DNA from: an uncultured candidate division Zixibacteria bacterium
Lineage (GTDB): Bacteria > Zixibacteria > MSB-5A5 > GN15 > FEB-12
Direction of reading: 5' to 3'
NCBI GenBank assembly: GCA_963735035.1
Contig: CAVTJJ010000004.1
Span: 512,001-576,000, forward strand
Length of the DNA stretch: 64,000 nt
Part shown: one piece after another, positions 20,603 to 31,347 of the stretch
How positions within the stretch are numbered: the first letter of the stretch is position 1
How the letters are laid out: every line of letters begins with the position of its first letter
Notes under the pieces: generated by a model
Database searches by the model: none
Told to the model about the DNA's origin: nothing
The model's input: only the letters and a program-made list of their open reading frames with translations
Program-made: the position numbers and the translations under genes

Positions 20603-21076
20603 TTACTTGCGGAGCTTCTTGCCGGTTGCTAGGAAATGGTTCATCGACATCTCCCAGAACGCCATGGACGAGTTGAATGCTTCTTCCGTGTACGAATCCA
20701 AGAAGTCATTTCCCTCCGGACTTAAGCCGGTATATGTGTACGCGATATCCACGTATGAACTGACTTCGTCTTTCGGTTCGACGGTGATGTTCAGAACACT
20801 GGCGCGCGAACCAGGGGTAACCCGTGCGAATTCAACTTCATTCGCGACAGAATCATGCTTGGTGACGATCCAGATCGTATCTGGTTCACCGGCATACGGG
20901 GTACTGAAGACCGCACCTGGCTCCGCTACGCCCGATTTGGAAAAGAGCATCTGGTAGTCCCACTCATCCAGCCACTCGGCTTCGCGCACGGGACAAAGCA
21001 GGGGGAAGATTACGTTTGGCGTAGCCATGATTGTTTGGCGGAATTGCCGCTTGATGCGTTTGGCCTTGAATTGCAT
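20603..21076 (-). CDS. Hypothetical protein, SRPBCC/START-like
   Basis: 157 aa, AAGGAG RBS; IFPLLCPVREAEW pattern. Fold call is inference. Confidence 0.7.
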   Translation of the reverse strand: MQFKAKRIKRQFRQTIMATPNVIFPLLCPVREAEWLDEWDYQMLFSKSGVAEPGAVFSTPYAGEPDTIWIVTKHDSVANEVEFARVTPGSRASVLNITVEPKDEVSSYVDIAYTYTGLSPEGNDFLDSYTEEAFNSSMAFWEMSMNHFLATGKKLRK

Positions 21077-21376
21077 TGTTAGCTCCTTTATCTACAGAGT
21101 ACTTGCGTGTCGGCGCAGCCGAACTGTCTGCGATCCACTGCTCGAAGAATCCCACCCGCTGGACGGGGTACCAGACCGGAATAAGCAATATGAGGACGTC
21201 TGTTCATAGCGGATGAACCCACAGCAAGCTGTGGGCTACCAAGGCTTGAAAGCGGCAGACCAGGAGTCCTGCCGCAACAACGAGGGCGGGTTCCAGTCGT
21301 CCCGCCCTCGCTGCATACGGGGCAGAGCAGGAGGTCTACCGCCCACAACGAACGTGGTTGTTCGTGCTACATAATA

Positions 21377-22009
21377 CTAGCGCACGAGGCAGCCAAGCAA
21401 TTCCGGCGCGTCGGGCAGTTTCTTGCCGGCGACACTCGCTTCGAACGCGACCTGCAAGTAAGTCGTGCCGACATTGTCACCCGCAGTTCCAGGGAACTTG
21501 TCTGCCGGTCCGCACCAGATGAGCTTGCCATTCGGATCAATCAAACATAGCGTCGGAACTTTGGTCACTTGATAGAGGCGGCTGGTTTGTCCACCGTAAT
21601 CAAGCAGGCAGTCTGCGGCGACGGATTTCTCTTTCGCCAGACGCGTGCGCAGTTCTCGCATGGCATCTTTGCTGTACGAGCCGGCTTCCGGAGACAAAAC
21701 CGACAACCATACCGCCCCGTGATCACGGAACCAGGTCTGCATCTTCGGTGTGAGCCCGGATTTGTAACCGGCCTTGACTTCGGCGCAGTCGAAATCGGTC
21801 CATTCGAGTACGACATACTTGCCGGCGAAATCGGCCAGTGTCCGAGGCACACCGCCGACCCCGTTCAGCACAAACGATGGCGCCACAGTTCCGCTTTGCA
21901 CGGTCGAAGAGCTGTTGTCGGTGTTCTGATTCGCAAAAACGTCACCATGAATGAAAAATGTGGCCAACAGGAGGGCCAGCCCGATCAACATAACCTTAGA
22001 TTTCAACAT
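21377..22009 (-). CDS. Exported thioredoxin-fold redoxin (AhpC/TSA-like)
   Basis: Signal peptide; GTVAPSFVL...TLADFAGKYVVLEW...C; VPTLCLIDPNG; C-terminal GC. Confidence 0.8.
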   Translation of the reverse strand: MLKSKVMLIGLALLLATFFIHGDVFANQNTDNSSSTVQSGTVAPSFVLNGVGGVPRTLADFAGKYVVLEWTDFDCAEVKAGYKSGLTPKMQTWFRDHGAVWLSVLSPEAGSYSKDAMRELRTRLAKEKSVAADCLLDYGGQTSRLYQVTKVPTLCLIDPNGKLIWCGPADKFPGTAGDNVGTTYLQVAFEASVAGKKLPDAPELLGCLVR

Positions 22010-22256
22010 ATTATCTATCTCCCTGCCCGCCTGGTATTTCCGCGACTGACCGGCGAGCATGCGATCAGCGCGGCTGGATTCAACGTCGATTATGGGTATT
22101 GAACGGCGTTTCAGTACTTGCGTTGCATGAATTGATTTGGTACTATTGATAAGCTGAGCTAATGGTACTGAATTGACCTAGTGACAATGAAACGTCACGT
22201 TCAGCTCGAATTCACATAGTGACAATAGTATTGGACGATCTTATCGAGAGGTTCGA

Positions 22257-23144
22257 ATGGAACTGAGACATTTCCGACTGATCAAGACCGTGGTCGATGA
22301 GGGCAGCATGTCGAAGGCGGCCGGTAAGCTCTTCCTGACCCAACCGGCTTTGAGTCATCAGTTACGAGAGCTCGAAGAGGAACTGGGGGTCACGCTGTTC
22401 CATCGCGTCAGACGGCATCTGGTTCTCACGGAAGCCGGTCAGCGCGTTCTGGAATCGGCGAACTCAATCATCACTGAGATTGACCGCGTCAAGGATGAGA
22501 TGAAACAGGTGGCGTCGGGCAAAGGGGGCAAGCTTCGTTTTGCCAGTTGTTGTTTTACCTGCTATCACTTCCTGCCGTCGTTGATAAAGTCTTTCCGCCG
22601 GGCGTTTCCGGATGTGGACATAGTGTTCAACAGCTCCGCTACGATGGACCCGATGGGTTACCTCAATAGGGGCGAACTCGACGTGGTCCTGACTACCGAG
22701 CGTCACCCGGCGCCGGGCTTGACATACACCAAGGTTCGCGACGACGAACTACTCGCGGTGATTCCGGCCAACCACCCCTGGCGCGCCAAAGACTACGTAG
22801 TCGCCAAAGACTTTGCCGACCAGGACCTGATATCGTTTGACGCCCCCGATGAGACTTCCACGTTCTTTGTGAAGATACTTACCCCGTCAGGTGTGAAGCC
22901 GAGAACGGCCACGAAACTTCCCGCGATTGACAGTATGATTCAAATAGTGTCTTCAGGGCTAGGTGTGGCGGTGATTGGCCAGTGGTCGCTGGAGCAATTT
23001 CGCAGCAACCGAAACATTGCGACCGTCAGTCTGGGGCCCAAAGGTTTATGGCAAACCTGGTATGCGGTGACGCTCCGGACGAAGAGCCAACCGATCTATA
23101 TCAAGCGTTTCGTAGAACTGCTTAGTGCCAAGACGGATGGATAG
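22257..23144 (+). CDS. LysR-family transcriptional regulator, divergent from the redoxin gene
   Basis: MELRHFRLIKTV...AAGKLFLTQPALSHQLRELEEELGVTLFHR; 295 aa. Confidence 0.95.
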   Translation: MELRHFRLIKTVVDEGSMSKAAGKLFLTQPALSHQLRELEEELGVTLFHRVRRHLVLTEAGQRVLESANSIITEIDRVKDEMKQVASGKGGKLRFASCCFTCYHFLPSLIKSFRRAFPDVDIVFNSSATMDPMGYLNRGELDVVLTTERHPAPGLTYTKVRDDELLAVIPANHPWRAKDYVVAKDFADQDLISFDAPDETSTFFVKILTPSGVKPRTATKLPAIDSMIQIVSSGLGVAVIGQWSLEQFRSNRNIATVSLGPKGLWQTWYAVTLRTKSQPIYIKRFVELLSAKTDG

Positions 23145-23493
23145 CGCGGGGGAGTGTTGCGTTAACCGGCAGATGTGGACATCTGCCGGGCACGTAATGG
23201 CTCCATCAGGCAGAGGTGGGTCCGCCGAGGCGGGCCCGGCACGTAATTGCTCCATGAGGCAGATGTGGGCTCATTGCGGCGGGTCGGGGTACAGTGCCTA
23301 CGACAAGATGGAAGTCAGATTCGGGGAACTCTGGGTCGAGAAACCTGTTGACCAAACGACTATTTTGGGCTACTTTTCAGGCCAATAACGGGTTTTTGGC
23401 GCCCTGTCAGTTAGATGCGATGTCAGGCGGCCACCTCATGCAGGACTCCCCGGTGCAACCTGACATTTCTTTAACTGTTTAAGGGGTAGCAAC

Positions 23494-24021
23494 ATGAGTG
23501 GCACTAACGGTTCGGTAATCAATCGGAATGTTCTGATGCTCAATCAGAACTATGAGCCGCTGACAGTTTGCTCAGCGCGACGGGCCATTGTGCTTCTTTT
23601 CCAGGGTAAGGCGGAGATGGTGGCGACGGCCGACGGGATTCGGGTCCACACAATTGCCGATTCCTACGCCCTTCCGTCGGTGGTCCGGCTGGCTGAATAC
23701 CGCCGGGTGCCGTTCCGTTATATCATGCTCACCCGCAAGAATATTATTCTTCGCGACGGTCACCGGTGCCAGTATTGCGGGACGACCCGTGGCTCTATGA
23801 CGATTGACCACGTGGTTCCTCGTAAACTTCACGGGGCCGACACCTGGGAAAACATGGTCTCGGCCTGCATTAAGTGCAATAACCACAAGAGTGACCGGAC
23901 CCCTGAGCAGGCCGGAATGAAGCTGGTTAAGAAGCCGACCCGGCCGTCCCATATCACTTTTATCCAGCGCCACTTGGGGGACAACGACGCTCGCTGGCGC
24001 CCCTACCTCTTCATGGATTAA
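23494..24021 (+). CDS. HNH endonuclease (McrA/HNH_5-like)
   Basis: VLMLNQNYEPL; TRKNIILRDGHRCQYCG; TIDHVVP; WENMVSACIKCNNHK. Confidence 0.92.
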   Translation: MSGTNGSVINRNVLMLNQNYEPLTVCSARRAIVLLFQGKAEMVATADGIRVHTIADSYALPSVVRLAEYRRVPFRYIMLTRKNIILRDGHRCQYCGTTRGSMTIDHVVPRKLHGADTWENMVSACIKCNNHKSDRTPEQAGMKLVKKPTRPSHITFIQRHLGDNDARWRPYLFMD

Positions 24022-24358
24022 ACGCCTCCCAAGGGAGCGTTGAAAAGTCCCTTCCCCGTCATCGCGAGCCTCGAACGCGCTTCGCGGGCGAGGCGTGGCG
24101 ATCTCAAATTACGCTGCCACAACTAACTTGAGATTGCCGCGCTACGCTGTCCCGCCTGGCGGCGGGCCATCTCCGCTCGCAATGACGATTAGACAGACTT
24201 TTTCAATAGCCCCCCAAGCAACGGTTTCCGGGAAACTTGATCGCAGTCATCGCGTTTCAATTTGCGTACAACCACCAATGGTCCTATTATGCACGGCTGA
24301 AGAGCGCCTTGGTTTGTACCAAGGCAGCGATGGATTGACGGCTTAAGGAGTATGGAAT

Positions 24359-26734
24359 TTGAGTCCTGAAATAATCGGTCAACTGGCGATACTGCTGGCG
24401 CTTACCGCGAATGTTCTGGCCGGGGCGACTTTCTATTTGGTCGCTCGCGGGCGTGACGATTTGAAATCACTGGCTACGCGAGCTTATTTTGCCTTTTTCG
24501 GCTTCACGACTCTCGCGGTGATCTATCTGTTCTATTTGTTCTTCACCCACAACTACGCTTTCAAATACATTTACGAATATTCCCAGAAGTCACAGCCGTT
24601 CTTCTACATCCTGTCGGCCTTTTGGGGCGGGCAAGAAGGAACTTACCTGCTCTGGTTGTTCCTCTGCGCTATCTGGGGTTTGTTGCTGTTGCGGCTGGCC
24701 GGTAGGTACCAGGCGTACGCCATGGCGATCTATTCGCTCGTTAACCTATTCCTGCTGGTGCTGCTGGTAAAGCTTTCGCCGTTCGCGCTTCTTCCGACCG
24801 CGGCTCCCGACGGCATGGGGCTCAACCCGCTCCTGCAGGACCCGTGGATGGTCATCCATCCGCCGATCATGTTTGTCGGATTTTCTGCGGCGGCGGTTCC
24901 GTTTGCACTGGCGATGGCGGCGATGCTTAAGAACGACTATACCGAATGGGTGCGGCGGGCCTTTCCGTGGGTAGCGACTTCGGCGTTGTTCCTCGGCATG
25001 GGCAACGTCATGGGCGGCTACTGGGCGTACAAGACTCTCGGGTGGGGGGGATACTGGGCGTGGGACCCGGTCGAAAATACCTCGCTGGTACCCTGGCTGA
25101 CTTCGCTTGGGCTGATACACGGCCTGATAATCGAACGACGAAGTGGAGCGCTCCGCAAGAGCAACCTGATGCTGGCCGCGTTCCTGTTCATGCAGGTCGT
25201 TTACGGAACTTTTCTAACGCGTAGCGGCGTACTGGCCGATTTCTCGGTGCACAGCTTCACCGATCTGGGCATCAATGTCAACCTTATCGTCTTCATGACG
25301 TTATTTGCGGTCGTAACCCTTGGGATTTTCATCTGGCGGGCGCGGGGCATCCAGTCAGCGCCGATCGACTATAACTTCTTCGGTAAGGAATTCTCACTGG
25401 TCGCGTCGGTGGCGGTGCTGTTCGTTTTCTCGCTGATCGTCCTGTTCTGGTCATCGCTGCCGATTCTCTCCGGCTGGTTTGCGGATAAACCTCGGGCAGC
25501 CGAGATCGCCACGTACAACAGCTTTGCGATTCCATTGTCGATCGTGATGGCGTTTCTGATCAGTGTGGCGCCGTCGGCGAAATTCTCCGGCTTCAAACTC
25601 GAGAACGGTCTCAAGAAGAGTCTGATCGTGCTGGGCGCCTGCTTTGTGGTCGGACTCGGTCTGTTCTTTCTGCTGCTGGATACCGGACTGGTATTCGCCA
25701 TTCTTTTCAGCCTCGTAGTCGGAGCGGCGATAATGTACCTGTTCAATCCGGAGTTCCGTCGGCCGATGGTCCCCGCGCTAGTGGTCTTCCTGTTGGCGAT
25801 ATTGGTCTCGTTGCTGGCGGGCGTGACGGATTATCTGATCCTGCTTTTCTATGCTACTGCGGCCATGGCAGTGGTGTCCAACGTGATCTCGCTGTCGGCC
25901 TATCTGCCGGATAGGGTCAAGTCATGCGGCGCGCCGCTGACCCATTTCGGTTTCGGAATAATGCTCATCGGCATCATGGCGTCATCGGCATCAGATTCGA
26001 GCGACCGATTGACGATTGAGCAGGGGCAGACAAAGACTTCTTCACTTTTCAATGTCACAGTCGGATACAACGGGATGGCCAATTCTATCGATCAGCCACA
26101 CAATGAGCTCTTGTTGTCGCTCGACGAAGGCTCAGGCGCGCACGAAGTCCGGCCGGAGTTGTATTATTCGCAACGGCTCGACGGCATCATGCGCAAGCCG
26201 TATATCAGCCGCTCCCTTGCCTATGACCTCTATCTGGCGCCGATGCAGGTCGAGGAAGAAAAGGGTGGCGAGGGCCTGACTCTCAAGAAAGGCGAGCCGA
26301 CCCAGCAGGGTGATTTGACGTTTACCCTGGAGGGCTTTGAAACCGGCGGCCACGGTGGTATGGGTGGCGCCGGTATGAGTGTTATGGCGCATATCACGGT
26401 GGCACGCGGCGACGAAGTTCAGACTATCTCTCCGAAACTAGTTGAAGGAATGGCCGAAACCGGGGGCACAATCATAGCCGAGCCGGTCGAACTAACTCTG
26501 GGCGGTCAGAAATATCAGGCGGCCATTCAGCAAATTGTCGCCGACCAGGGGATTGTCGTCCTCGACATTCCGGAGTTGATGCCGGGAATGTCTCCGGCGA
26601 AGCTGATTTTGGATATATCGCGCAAGCCGATGATTACGTTGGTGTGGATCGGCACTACTTTGATAATCCTCGGTTCGTTGATAGTGCTGTACCGTCGCGG
26701 GAAGGAAATGCCGGGGCTGGAAAGCTCCAATTAG
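24359..26734 (+). CDS. ccmF: Cytochrome c heme lyase CcmF/NrfE family
   Basis: WGGQEG, LNPLLQDPWMVIHPP, WAYKTLGWGGYWAWDPVEN, GTFLTRSG...SVHSF; many TMs. Confidence 0.92.
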   Translation: MSPEIIGQLAILLALTANVLAGATFYLVARGRDDLKSLATRAYFAFFGFTTLAVIYLFYLFFTHNYAFKYIYEYSQKSQPFFYILSAFWGGQEGTYLLWLFLCAIWGLLLLRLAGRYQAYAMAIYSLVNLFLLVLLVKLSPFALLPTAAPDGMGLNPLLQDPWMVIHPPIMFVGFSAAAVPFALAMAAMLKNDYTEWVRRAFPWVATSALFLGMGNVMGGYWAYKTLGWGGYWAWDPVENTSLVPWLTSLGLIHGLIIERRSGALRKSNLMLAAFLFMQVVYGTFLTRSGVLADFSVHSFTDLGINVNLIVFMTLFAVVTLGIFIWRARGIQSAPIDYNFFGKEFSLVASVAVLFVFSLIVLFWSSLPILSGWFADKPRAAEIATYNSFAIPLSIVMAFLISVAPSAKFSGFKLENGLKKSLIVLGACFVVGLGLFFLLLDTGLVFAILFSLVVGAAIMYLFNPEFRRPMVPALVVFLLAILVSLLAGVTDYLILLFYATAAMAVVSNVISLSAYLPDRVKSCGAPLTHFGFGIMLIGIMASSASDSSDRLTIEQGQTKTSSLFNVTVGYNGMANSIDQPHNELLLSLDEGSGAHEVRPELYYSQRLDGIMRKPYISRSLAYDLYLAPMQVEEEKGGEGLTLKKGEPTQQGDLTFTLEGFETGGHGGMGGAGMSVMAHITVARGDEVQTISPKLVEGMAETGGTIIAEPVELTLGGQKYQAAIQQIVADQGIVVLDIPELMPGMSPAKLILDISRKPMITLVWIGTTLIILGSLIVLYRRGKEMPGLESSN

Positions 26735-27020
26735 ATACGTTCGTGGGGCACACGGGGAGCTGAGCCGCCCGCAATGGTTTAGCCGGGGATTCTACGGATG
26801 GTCAACTTGCCGGTGGACAGAGATGTCCACCAGCAACCTGTTGCTGAATAATCTCTTGCCGATGTTCTTGGCTGTCCTCATGATAAGTCTTTGGTGAAGC
26901 TCGAGTGGACGCTCCCCGATTGACGGCTTGTTGTCAACGGTGCCCAAAAATCGACATCGCGACGACCCCGTCTTAACCTATATTGGGATGTCTGTTGATC
27001 GTGGTTAGGACTGTTCTGGA

Positions 27021-28205
27021 ATGACACAAGAAATACTCCACAAACTTCAGGAACGAATAAAGGAGTTGAGTGCACTGCATCAGACTGCAAGAATCATACA
27101 GGCGGTCGATAAGTCTCCTCAGGAAGTAATCCAACAGATTGTAAATGTGGTGCCGTCTGCCTGGCAATATCCCGCAGTTACAGAGGCTCACATACAGTTC
27201 CAGCAATGGACCTCCAGCACCAAAGACTTCAGGGTCACTCCCTGGATTCAAAGTGCTCGAATTGCAGTTCGGGGCGAGCAGCAGGGACTTATCCAGGTCG
27301 CCTACACTGAGGAACGCCCGACATCCGACGAAGGTCCTTTCTTAAGGGAAGAGCGGGACTTGATAGATTCTCTGGCGGAAATGCTTCGCTCCTACTTCCA
27401 GCACCTGATCGCCGACGAGGAACTCCTGAAAGCGCACAGTTCACTCGAACGCCAGGTAAAAGAGCGAACCGAGGAGCTTGCAAACGCAAACGAGCAGCTC
27501 TCGCGAAGAATAGAGGAATACGCAGTCGCGCAGTCTCGAATTGAGCGGTATCAATTGCAGCTCCGGCAGCTAGCCTCGCAGCTTGCAGTGGTGGAGGCGC
27601 GAGAACGTCGTGTAATTGCCACCGACCTTCACGATCACATAGGGCAGGCGCTGGCTTTTATAAAGATGAACATCGCGCAATTGCAGTCTAACGCTACCTT
27701 CTGTGGCTTCGAAGGCGAAATTGCCGAGACACTGGCGCTGCTCAACCAGACGATACGGTACACCCGTGACCTGACTTCTCAAATCAGTCCGCCCGTGCTT
27801 TACGAACTGGGGTTGTCATCGGCGCTACGCTGGCTGGCCGAGAACTATCAGACCAAGCACAAGATAATCGTGAAGGTGGAAGCGCCGACCCCACACCGGC
27901 GACTGGACGACGAGATCTGTGCGACGGTTTTCAAAGCGATCCAGGAGCTTATGACCAACGTGGTCAAACATGCCGCGGCGCAGTCGATTCTTGTTCGGCT
28001 CGAGATTTCTGCGAACGGGCTTTGTGTCGAAGTAAGCGACAATGGTTCCGGTTTCGACGTCAAGAAACTGGACACGGCCGAATCGCTCGGCGACCATTTC
28101 GGGCTGTTCAGTATTCGCGAGCAAATCACTTTCCTGGGTGGAGCAACCGCGATCGTATCGTCGCCCGGCCGGGGAACGACGGTTACGCTGAAACTGCCGT
28201 GTTGA
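27021..28205 (+). CDS. Soluble sensor histidine kinase (HisKA_3 type) with N-terminal GAF-like region
   Basis: ERRVIATDLHDHIGQAL H-box; QELMTNVVKHA; DNGSGF; GLFSIRE; no TM. Confidence 0.92.
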   Translation: MTQEILHKLQERIKELSALHQTARIIQAVDKSPQEVIQQIVNVVPSAWQYPAVTEAHIQFQQWTSSTKDFRVTPWIQSARIAVRGEQQGLIQVAYTEERPTSDEGPFLREERDLIDSLAEMLRSYFQHLIADEELLKAHSSLERQVKERTEELANANEQLSRRIEEYAVAQSRIERYQLQLRQLASQLAVVEARERRVIATDLHDHIGQALAFIKMNIAQLQSNATFCGFEGEIAETLALLNQTIRYTRDLTSQISPPVLYELGLSSALRWLAENYQTKHKIIVKVEAPTPHRRLDDEICATVFKAIQELMTNVVKHAAAQSILVRLEISANGLCVEVSDNGSGFDVKKLDTAESLGDHFGLFSIREQITFLGGATAIVSSPGRGTTVTLKLPC

Positions 28206-28221
28206 GAAAGGTCTCAGTACT

Positions 28222-28872
28222 ATGAAAATTCGCGTGATGCTAGCCGATGACCATCGTCTCTTTCGTGACGGACTTCGCACCCTGCTTGAACAGCAGGCGG
28301 ATGTAGAAGTAGTCGGAGTGGCGGTTGACGGCCAGTCCGCACTTGGCCAGGTTAGTATCTGCCGCCCGAATGTAGTTCTCATGGACGTATCCATGCCGGG
28401 GCTCAACGGCCTTGAGGCCACGCGTCACTTGCGGACCGAGCATCCGGAGGTAGCCGTCCTTATGCTCTCGATGCATGCCGATCACCGGTTTGTCGTTGAG
28501 GCACTCAGGGCGGGGGCGCTGGGTTACGTACTTAAGGACTGCGAAATTGCAGAATTGCGGGAGGCGATCCGCGCCGTGTTCAAACGCCAGATCTTCCTCT
28601 CACATTCGATTGCCGAAGGTGTCGTTCGCGAATACCTGGCGCTAACCGATGATCTCCCTAATTCCGCCTTCTCGGTGCTGAGCGCGCGCGAACGGGAGGT
28701 TCTGCAAATGCTCGCCGAGGGATGCAGCGCCAAGGACATCGCTGGGGCATTGCATATTGGGAACAAGACGGTCGAGACTCATCGCAAAAACATCATGGAC
28801 AAACTCAATATCCACAGTATCGCCGAACTAACCAAGTACGCTATCCGCGAGGGTCTGACCCACCTCGAATGA
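28222..28872 (+). CDS. NarL/LuxR-family response regulator
   Basis: LADDH, MDVSMPGLNG, LSAREREVL...KTVETHRKNIMDKL. Confidence 0.95.
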   Translation: MKIRVMLADDHRLFRDGLRTLLEQQADVEVVGVAVDGQSALGQVSICRPNVVLMDVSMPGLNGLEATRHLRTEHPEVAVLMLSMHADHRFVVEALRAGALGYVLKDCEIAELREAIRAVFKRQIFLSHSIAEGVVREYLALTDDLPNSAFSVLSAREREVLQMLAEGCSAKDIAGALHIGNKTVETHRKNIMDKLNIHSIAELTKYAIREGLTHLE

Positions 28873-29035
28873 GCGGGAGCACAAGCTTCTCTACAGATAT
28901 GTTGTCGGGTGGGCCTAAGGAATTGCGCAGCAATTTCTAAGGGCTGGCCCGATTGTCTATTGTTGCCCGAATGTACTACGTTGGGGGGACGCGATGTGGC
29001 TTGTAGGTGGTTTTTGACGATTTAGGAGGCTGCAA

Positions 29036-30253
29036 ATGTTCGATTCCGGCAACACCGGTTTCATGCTCGTAGCGACCAGTCTGGTCATGCTCATGACACC
29101 GGGATTGGCTTTCTTCTACGGAGGTCTGGTTGGTCGCAAGAACGTGCTCACGATCATGATCCAGAGCTTCGTTTCCATGGGTGTAACTACCATCATATGG
29201 TGGGCATACGGATATTCGCTATGTTTCAGCGGCGGTGAGGGGGGTATAATCGGTAATCTGGATAAGGCGTTCCTGGCAGGGGTGACTCTGACAACCGTGT
29301 CGCCGTTCGGCACCGGGAACATTCCGGAGTTCGTATTTATGGCGTATCAGATGATGTTCGCCATCATCACACCGGCGCTAATAACCGGCGCTTTTGCGAA
29401 TCGAGTGCGGTTTGGCGCCTATCTGATGTTTCTGTTCGGTTGGCTCACCCTGGTCTATTTCCCGTTCGTACATATGATCTGGGGGAACGGTCTCCTGGCC
29501 AAGTGGGGGGTTCTGGATTTTGCCGGCGGGATTGTGGTGCACAACATTGCCGGGATGGCAGCTCTGGCGTCAGTGTTGTATGTGGGTAGGCGGAAAGTTG
29601 GCGACAGTGTTCCGCATAGCATTCCGCTGGTGGCGCTCGGTACCGGCCTTCTCTGGTTTGGTTGGTATGGTTTTAACGCCGGCAGTGAATTGAAAGTTGA
29701 TGCTGTCACCGGTGTGGCCTTTCTCAATACCGACATCGCGGCCTCTTTCGCTGGACCGGTCTGGATGCTTCTAGCCTGGATATTCGAGCGGAAACCGAAA
29801 TTCCTGGGTCTTCTGACTGGCGCAGTAGCTGGCCTGGCCACCATAACTCCCTGCGCCGGGTACGTAACCCCGACCTCGGCGGCGATCATCGGCATAGTCG
29901 CGGGCACCGTGTGCTATTTCGCCGTCAACCTCAAGAATTGGCTGAAATGGGATGACGCCCTGGACGTCTGGGGTGTGCACGGAGTCGGCGGCGCTCTGGG
30001 GATCATCTTGCTGGGCCTTATGGCAAGTACTGCGGTCAATAGCGCCGGCGCCGACGGATTATTCCATGGCAACAGCAGCTTCTTCATGAAGCAACTGCTG
30101 ACCGTGATCGGTTCGTCGATCTATGCTTTCGGATTCACCTTTGCCATGCTTTGGATAATCAATAAGTTCACAAGAGTCAGGACCACCGAGGACGAGGAGG
30201 AGCGTGGACTGGATGACTCTCTACACGGCGAAACGGCATACGATTCGGTTTAG
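29036..30253 (+). CDS. amtB: Ammonium transporter (Amt)
   Basis: LMTPGLAFFYGG, QMMFAIITPALI, DFAGGIVVH, LWFGWYGFNAGS, DDALDVWGVHG. Confidence 0.96.
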   Translation: MFDSGNTGFMLVATSLVMLMTPGLAFFYGGLVGRKNVLTIMIQSFVSMGVTTIIWWAYGYSLCFSGGEGGIIGNLDKAFLAGVTLTTVSPFGTGNIPEFVFMAYQMMFAIITPALITGAFANRVRFGAYLMFLFGWLTLVYFPFVHMIWGNGLLAKWGVLDFAGGIVVHNIAGMAALASVLYVGRRKVGDSVPHSIPLVALGTGLLWFGWYGFNAGSELKVDAVTGVAFLNTDIAASFAGPVWMLLAWIFERKPKFLGLLTGAVAGLATITPCAGYVTPTSAAIIGIVAGTVCYFAVNLKNWLKWDDALDVWGVHGVGGALGIILLGLMASTAVNSAGADGLFHGNSSFFMKQLLTVIGSSIYAFGFTFAMLWIINKFTRVRTTEDEEERGLDDSLHGETAYDSV

Positions 30254-30287
30254 GCTCATTATTCTTATTCACAGGAGTACGGTAAAT

Positions 30288-31043
30288 ATGAATAGATTCT
30301 CAGTCTTCTCCCTTCTTGTGGCAGCATTGTTGTTGGTCTGTCTGGCTGGTCAGGCCGCTGCCACTGCGACCACCCACATCTGGGCTCCTTCGACTGACGT
30401 CCAACCTTACAGACTCGTGCATATTACCAGCGACATGTACCTTCCGATTGAGCGAGATGCGTCCGGCGCGAGAATCCCAACCGTGACGAACCTTGGCCTG
30501 ACCGTCGGCGTGTTGCCGTACAAGAAGATCAACATGGAATTAGGGTTTGACCACAAGAGCGGATTAGGCGACATGGACAATCATCCTCTCTATGGCAACT
30601 TTAAGGTTGGGGTGCCCGAAGGCGCCCTGGGTAAAGCGAGTCCTGCACTGGCTATCGGTGTTTTCGACATCGGCACGAAAGCTGAGCTCACCGACTTCAA
30701 CGTCATCTACTTCAAAGTGGCCAAGACCGTGAATGCCGGTAGAACCTCACTCGGGCGGCTCTCAATAGGCTACTTTATTGGAAACGACAGGCTGCTTCTT
30801 GACGGTCATGGCGTGAAAGATAACACCGGTGTTCTGGCGGCCTGGGAAAGGACCATGACGGAATGGTCCGACAAGCTCTGGTTGTGTGCCGAGTACATGG
30901 GTTCAGAGAGCGCCTATGGAACGCTTAACGTCGGGCTGGCCTGGAAATTCGCCCCGAACGTCGCGGTAATCGGTGCGGTCGACTTTTTCAACAACAGTGA
31001 TCTGGCCGGCACCGGCACAATTCAAGTGGATATCGACATCTGA
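30288..31043 (+). CDS. Hypothetical exported protein, probable outer-membrane beta-barrel
   Basis: AGGAG RBS, signal peptide ending AAA, alternating amphipathic strands, ends IQVDIDI. Confidence 0.65.
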   Translation: MNRFSVFSLLVAALLLVCLAGQAAATATTHIWAPSTDVQPYRLVHITSDMYLPIERDASGARIPTVTNLGLTVGVLPYKKINMELGFDHKSGLGDMDNHPLYGNFKVGVPEGALGKASPALAIGVFDIGTKAELTDFNVIYFKVAKTVNAGRTSLGRLSIGYFIGNDRLLLDGHGVKDNTGVLAAWERTMTEWSDKLWLCAEYMGSESAYGTLNVGLAWKFAPNVAVIGAVDFFNNSDLAGTGTIQVDIDI

Positions 31044-31347
31044 AAGTCCCACACACCCGATTTGCTTCGACCCAGCCATCTGACGCGGGGGGGCGGCAAC
31101 GCTCCCCCATTTCGATCTATCTCCTGAGTATTCCCCCCGCTTTCGTCTTCATTGACTTGTTTGTGTGGTGCCAATAGGAGTCTCTTGAGACTGTGGTCGA
31201 CTTCGCGGGGCCCTGGCTTGGGGTTCAGAAGACCCGTCCGGGAAGGAGAAACGCATTTGCGTTGCCGCCGGAACCTCCTTACCTTAGAACAAAATATGGG
31301 GTAAGGTCACCCCGTTCGGACGATGCCATCTAACCCACAAGGAGACG

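Noticed and set aside
23494..24021. HNH protein as IscB/Cas9-like RNA-guided nuclease
   Set aside because: Only 175 aa, no RuvC or PLMP motifs; fits the common stand-alone HNH family.
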